A DNA stretch of 64,000 nucleotides from an uncultured Pelagibacteraceae bacterium. GTDB lineage: Bacteria > Pseudomonadota > Alphaproteobacteria > Pelagibacterales > Pelagibacteraceae. How positions within the stretch are numbered: the stretch's first letter is position 1; every line of letters begins with the position of its first letter. The notes beneath the pieces are model-generated. The model did not search any database and had not been told where the DNA came from. It saw nothing but the letters and a program-made list of their open reading frames with translations. The position numbers and the translations under genes were made by a program. Location of the stretch: the NCBI GenBank assembly GCA_902520685.1, contig CABYPE010000001.1, forward strand, positions 9,255 to 73,254, written 5' to 3'. Below are positions 60,397 through 64,000 of the stretch, piece by piece.

Positions 60397-61220
60397 TATA
60401 ATTTTATCAAAATTTCCTTTATATCTGAAACAGGACCTTTCATATGAATAGAATTTTTCTCATCTATAAAAATTGATAATTTTCCAGTTTCAAATTCTAT
60501 ATCTGTATTATGATCTGTGAGTTTATTTAATGTGCCAGCAAATGCTGTTGCGCATGCTGCAGTTCCGCATGCCTTCGTTAACCCGGCACCTCTTTCCCAA
60601 ACTTTAACTTTAATTAAATTTTTATTTAAAACTTTAGCAATTGTAACATTACATTTTTCTGGGAACATTTTATGATTTTCAATTTGTGGACCAATTTTTT
60701 CTATGTCAAAGTTTTTTATTTCATCAACAAAAAAAACAATATGAGGATTTCCAACATTTATTGCAGTGCCACCTAAATGCTCATTGTTGTTTATGTCATT
60801 AATTTTAATATTTAGATTAAGAGTATTTAACTCCTCTGAAAGGGGAATTTCATTCCATTTAACTTTTGCATTTCTAATTTCAGTTGTAACTAAATTATTA
60901 TTTAGTATTTCAGATTTTAAATTTCCAGATAGAGTAGTTAAAATTATAGTTTTGTTGCCGTTTTCTTTTGAAATTAAATCAGCAACACATCTTGTCCCAT
61001 TACCACACGCACCAGACTCACCACCATCAGAATTAAAAAACTTTAAATGAGCATCTGCAGTGTTATCTTTTTCAATTAATATTAATTGATCACATCCAAT
61101 AAAATTTCTATCGCAAATTTTAATTATTTGCTCTTTTGATAAATCAGTAATTTTTTGTCTATTATCAATGATAACAAAATCGTTACCCAATCCATCCATT
61201 TTAAAAGCTTTAATGTCCAT
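60396..61220 (-). CDS. dapF: Diaminopimelate epimerase
   Basis: GLGNDF, CGNGTRC, GNPH, ERGAG.T.ACGT. Confidence 0.97.
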   Translation of the reverse strand: MDIKAFKMDGLGNDFVIIDNRQKITDLSKEQIIKICDRNFIGCDQLILIEKDNTADAHLKFFNSDGGESGACGNGTRCVADLISKENGNKTIILTTLSGNLKSEILNNNLVTTEIRNAKVKWNEIPLSEELNTLNLNIKINDINNNEHLGGTAINVGNPHIVFFVDEIKNFDIEKIGPQIENHKMFPEKCNVTIAKVLNKNLIKVKVWERGAGLTKACGTAACATAFAGTLNKLTDHNTDIEFETGKLSIFIDEKNSIHMKGPVSDIKEILIKL

Positions 61221-61270
61221 ATATCTTTATTTAACTTATTTATTGACTTTTTGAACCTCTATTATAGTTT

Positions 61271-61370
61271 GTGGCAGTTTCCGCAAGAACGTTAAATTTG
61301 CGGTGTCTTTGGAAACAAAGAGATCGACACTAGTCAGCGAGGGTTCGCCCACTAGTGAGATTACTGCTGT
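61271..61370 (+). ncRNA. Structured ffh leader RNA (alphaproteobacterial ffh motif)
   Basis: GC-rich multi-stem segment directly upstream of ffh: GGCAGT/ACTGCT closing stem, CCGCAA/TTGCGG, TCTTTG-GAAA-CAAAGA, CACTAGT/ACTAGTG; position matches the ffh motif known from Pelagibacter. Confidence 0.8.
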
Positions 61371-61381
61371 GTGTAATAAAT

Positions 61382-62740
61382 ATGTTTGAAAATTTAACAA
61401 ATAAATTTGAAGAAATTTTTTCTTCTTTAAAAAAGGCTCCCTCCCTTGATGAAAATCAAGTTGATGAAGGTTTGAGAGGTATTAGACAAGCTTTACTTGA
61501 AGCAGACGTCTCCTTAGACGTTGCAAAAGAATTTATTGAAAAAGTTAAGCCAAAAGCTTTAGGACAAGAAATAATTAGATCAACATCACCTGGAGATATG
61601 GTGGTTAAGATCGTTTACGATGAGCTGGTAAGTTTATTAGGTGAAAAAAATAATGATGTAAATCTTAATGCGGTTCCTCCAGTGCCAATGATGCTAGTTG
61701 GATTACAAGGTTCTGGTAAAACTACCACAACTGCTAAACTTGCAAGATATCTTGAAAATACGAAAAAAAAGAAAGTTATGATGGTTAGCTTAGATATCTA
61801 TAGGCCAGCTGCCCAAGAACAATTAAAATTTTTAGGGGAACAAAATAATATTTTAACGCTTCCCATAATTGAAGGCCAACAACCAGCTGATATTTGTCAA
61901 AGAGCTATTAGTGCAGCTAATTTAAATGGTGCTGATATTATATTATTTGATACTGCAGGCAGGACGCAGATCGATTTACAAATGATGAGTGAAATCAAAC
62001 AAATTGAAAAAACAATTAATCCTGCAGAGACATTTTTGGTTGCAGATTCACTTACAGGACAAGTAGCGGCATCTGTTGCAAAAGAATTTAAAAATACTGT
62101 AAATATTTCTGGAATAATTTTAACTAGAGCAGATGGTGATGCTAGAGGTGGAGCAGCAGTTAGCATGAAGTACGTTTCTCAAGTTCCAATTAAATTTTTA
62201 GGAATAGGTGAAAAAATTGAAAATCTTGAAGTATTTCATCCAGATAGAATTGCAAATAGAATTCTGGGCATGGGAGATATCGTATCTCTTGTAGAAAAAG
62301 CTGCACAAGATCTAGGTGAAGAAAATATTAAAAAGGCTGAAGAAAATTTAAAAAAAGGACAATTTTCAATGCAAGATTATTTAACCCAATTAAGACAAAT
62401 GAAAAAGATGGGTGGAATAGAAGGTGTAATGTCTTTTATGCCAGGTGTATCCAAGGTTAAATCCCAAATGGATGCTGCAGGAATAGATGAAAGTGTTATT
62501 ACTAAAAATGAAGCAATAATTTTGTCCATGACAAAAAAAGAAAGAGAGAACCCAAAATTAATTGATGGTTCAAGAAAAAAAAGAATTGCGAGTGGCTCAG
62601 GTACAGACCCAGCTACTATCAATAAATTGTTAAAACAATTTAAAATGATGTCTGAAATGATGAAAAAGATGTCTAAAGGAAATCTGAAAGGTATGACTGA
62701 TAAAGGAATACCGCCAGAATTATTTAATCAATTAAAATAA
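61382..62740 (+). CDS. ffh: Signal recognition particle protein Ffh
   Basis: ALLEADV, GLQGSGKTT, DTAGR, RILGMGD; start moved to MFENL (61382). Confidence 0.98.
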   Translation: MFENLTNKFEEIFSSLKKAPSLDENQVDEGLRGIRQALLEADVSLDVAKEFIEKVKPKALGQEIIRSTSPGDMVVKIVYDELVSLLGEKNNDVNLNAVPPVPMMLVGLQGSGKTTTTAKLARYLENTKKKKVMMVSLDIYRPAAQEQLKFLGEQNNILTLPIIEGQQPADICQRAISAANLNGADIILFDTAGRTQIDLQMMSEIKQIEKTINPAETFLVADSLTGQVAASVAKEFKNTVNISGIILTRADGDARGGAAVSMKYVSQVPIKFLGIGEKIENLEVFHPDRIANRILGMGDIVSLVEKAAQDLGEENIKKAEENLKKGQFSMQDYLTQLRQMKKMGGIEGVMSFMPGVSKVKSQMDAAGIDESVITKNEAIILSMTKKERENPKLIDGSRKKRIASGSGTDPATINKLLKQFKMMSEMMKKMSKGNLKGMTDKGIPPELFNQLK

Positions 62741-62753
62741 AAAAGGAGAATAA

Positions 62754-63194
62754 ATGTTAAAGTTAAGACTATCAAGAGGTGGAACAAAGAAGAGACCCGT
62801 TTATAAAGTAGTTGTGGCGGACAGTAGATTTGCAAGGGATGGAAGATTTATTGAAAAGGTTGGTTTTTTCAACCCATTACTTCCTAAAGAAAAAAAAGAA
62901 AGAATTGGACTTGAGGCTGAAAGAATTAAATATTGGCTAGGTCAAGGTGCACAGCCAACAACAAGAGTAGCAAGAATTTTAGGTGAAAATGAATTAATGC
63001 CTATGCCTGCTAATGGAAATAATCCACAAAAAGCTATTCCAAAAAAAGAAAGAAAAAAAGAAGGATCTGAAGAAGCTCCTAAAGCAGAAGCAGCACCAGC
63101 AGCAGAAGCTAAAAAGGAAGAAGCTCCTAAAGCAGAAGCAGCACCAGCAGCAGAAGCTAAAAAGGAAGAAGCTCCTAAAGAGGAAAAAAAATAA
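62754..63194 (+). CDS. rpsP: 30S ribosomal protein S16 with repetitive C-terminal tail
   Basis: LRLSRGG.KKRP.Y, RDGRFIE, GAQPT. Confidence 0.97.
   Translation: MLKLRLSRGGTKKRPVYKVVVADSRFARDGRFIEKVGFFNPLLPKEKKERIGLEAERIKYWLGQGAQPTTRVARILGENELMPMPANGNNPQKAIPKKERKKEGSEEAPKAEAAPAAEAKKEEAPKAEAAPAAEAKKEEAPKEEKK
63069..63180 (+). repeat. 48-bp perfect tandem repeat (2.3 copies) encoding [16 protein letters not shown]
   Basis: Identical units at 63069-63116 and 63117-63164, partial unit 63165-63180. Confidence 0.95.
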
Positions 63195-63208
63195 TCTAAA
63201 GTTTGTTT

Positions 63209-63895
63209 ATGTTTCAAGCTCAAGTATTTACTCTTTATCCTGAAGTTTTTCCTGGACCATTAGCTAAAGGTCTTTATGGAAAAGCTTTGTCTAATAAATT
63301 ATGGAATTTAAACGTAATAAACATTAGAGATGCAGCCACTGACAAACACAAAACAGTTGATGATACTCCGTATGGTGGAGGAACAGGAATGTTATTAAAA
63401 GCTGATGTTTTAGCAAAAGCGCTTGATCAAAAAGTTAAAAAAGGAGAGAGAATTTTTTATCTTTCACCAAAAGGTAAAAAATTTGATCAAAAACTTGCTC
63501 AAGAACTAGCAAAAGAAAAATCTATATCTTTGATATGTGGTCATTTTGAAGGAGTAGATGAAAGAGTTTTAACTACAAGGAATATTGAAGAAATAAGTAT
63601 AGGAGATTATGTTTTGTCAGGGGGTGAAACTGCTGCGTTAGTAGTGCTTGATAGTATTTTGAGACTTTTGCCAGGAGTTATAGGAAATGATAAATCTTCA
63701 CTCGATGAAACCTTTGAAAATGGTCTTTTAGAATATCCTCAATATACAAAACCTCAAATATGGGAAGAAAAATCAGTGCCGGATGTATTATTATCAGGAG
63801 ATCATAATAAAATTAAAGACTGGCGTTTATCTCAATCTGAGGCTATAACACGCGACCGAAGACCAGATTTATGGCAAAAATATAAAAAAAACTAG
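63209..63895 (+). CDS. trmD: tRNA (guanine-N1)-methyltransferase
   Basis: VDD.PYGGG.GM, CGHFEGVDER, SIGDYVLSGGE, LEYPQYT. Confidence 0.97.
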   Translation: MFQAQVFTLYPEVFPGPLAKGLYGKALSNKLWNLNVINIRDAATDKHKTVDDTPYGGGTGMLLKADVLAKALDQKVKKGERIFYLSPKGKKFDQKLAQELAKEKSISLICGHFEGVDERVLTTRNIEEISIGDYVLSGGETAALVVLDSILRLLPGVIGNDKSSLDETFENGLLEYPQYTKPQIWEEKSVPDVLLSGDHNKIKDWRLSQSEAITRDRRPDLWQKYKKN

Positions 63896-63911
63896 TTTGT
63901 TAAATATTAAA

Positions 63912-64000
63912 ATGAAAACAATAGAAGAAATAAACCAACACAAGGTTAAAAAAATTCTTTCAGAAAAGAAAATCCCTGATTTTTTTACTGGAGATGTAGT
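63912..64000 (+). CDS. rplS: 50S ribosomal protein L19, 3' part outside window
   Basis: MKTIEEINQ...KKIPDFFTGDV start; canonical position after trmD. Confidence 0.85.
   Translation, partial: MKTIEEINQHKVKKILSEKKIPDFFTGDV

Noticed and set aside
61355-61381. GTG-start extension of ffh; similar extensions of folD (20087), DUF4212 (12834) and the PQQ dehydrogenase (22603)
   Set aside because: They overlap the leader RNA, promoter spacer or upstream genes; family-typical N-termini begin at downstream starts.
1257-62622. Other short ORFs nested in or antisense to recognised genes (e.g. 1257, 3265, 6751, 13761, 19125, 28541, 45556, 60766)
   Set aside because: Fully overlap well-supported CDSs and carry no recognisable motifs.
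63069-63180. CRISPR-like repeat array
   Set aside because: Head-to-tail in-frame coding repeats without spacers; no cas genes.
62942-63243. Alternative-frame ORFs over rpsP (93 aa on -, 76 aa on +) with repeated motifs
   Set aside because: Shadows of the 48-bp S16 tail repeat.

Overview
Very AT-rich, gene-dense window with minimal spacers and many 1-4 bp gene overlaps. Gene content and order point to a streamlined marine alphaproteobacterium, most likely SAR11/Pelagibacter (inference). Most of it is core genome: hisF-hisE-HIT, lolA-ftsK, tRNA-Gly(GCC), purH, rpe, actP/acs, tsaD, hemCD, folD, argG, ccmC-H, a 2-hydroxy-acid oxidation cluster, a TRAP transporter plus amidase, ftsY, dapF, and ffh leader RNA-ffh-rpsP-trmD-rplS. 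The strongest candidate for an undescribed system is a ~9.5 kb apparent accessory module (42778-52228) that looks like an organic-nitrogen (amide/nitrile/ureido) uptake and catabolism pathway with no urease. It encodes a stand-alone DUF1989 protein, a two-domain nitrilase-fold enzyme whose second domain lacks the catalytic Cys, an Urt-like ABC transporter, an acetamidase/formamidase, an MhpD-like FAH-fold enzyme and a putative wHTH regulator, with a palindromic candidate operator. Other points of note: an unannotated 45-aa ArfA-like ORF in a two-photolyase cluster (Fe-S-less PhrB-like plus inverted-domain photolyase), a histone-like K/R repeat tail on Acs, absence of rimM next to an S16 with a tandem-repeat tail, and an unexplained 12-bp inverted repeat upstream of ccmC. 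No CRISPR array, integrase, transposase or rRNA was seen. Family calls rest on motif recognition, not database searches.
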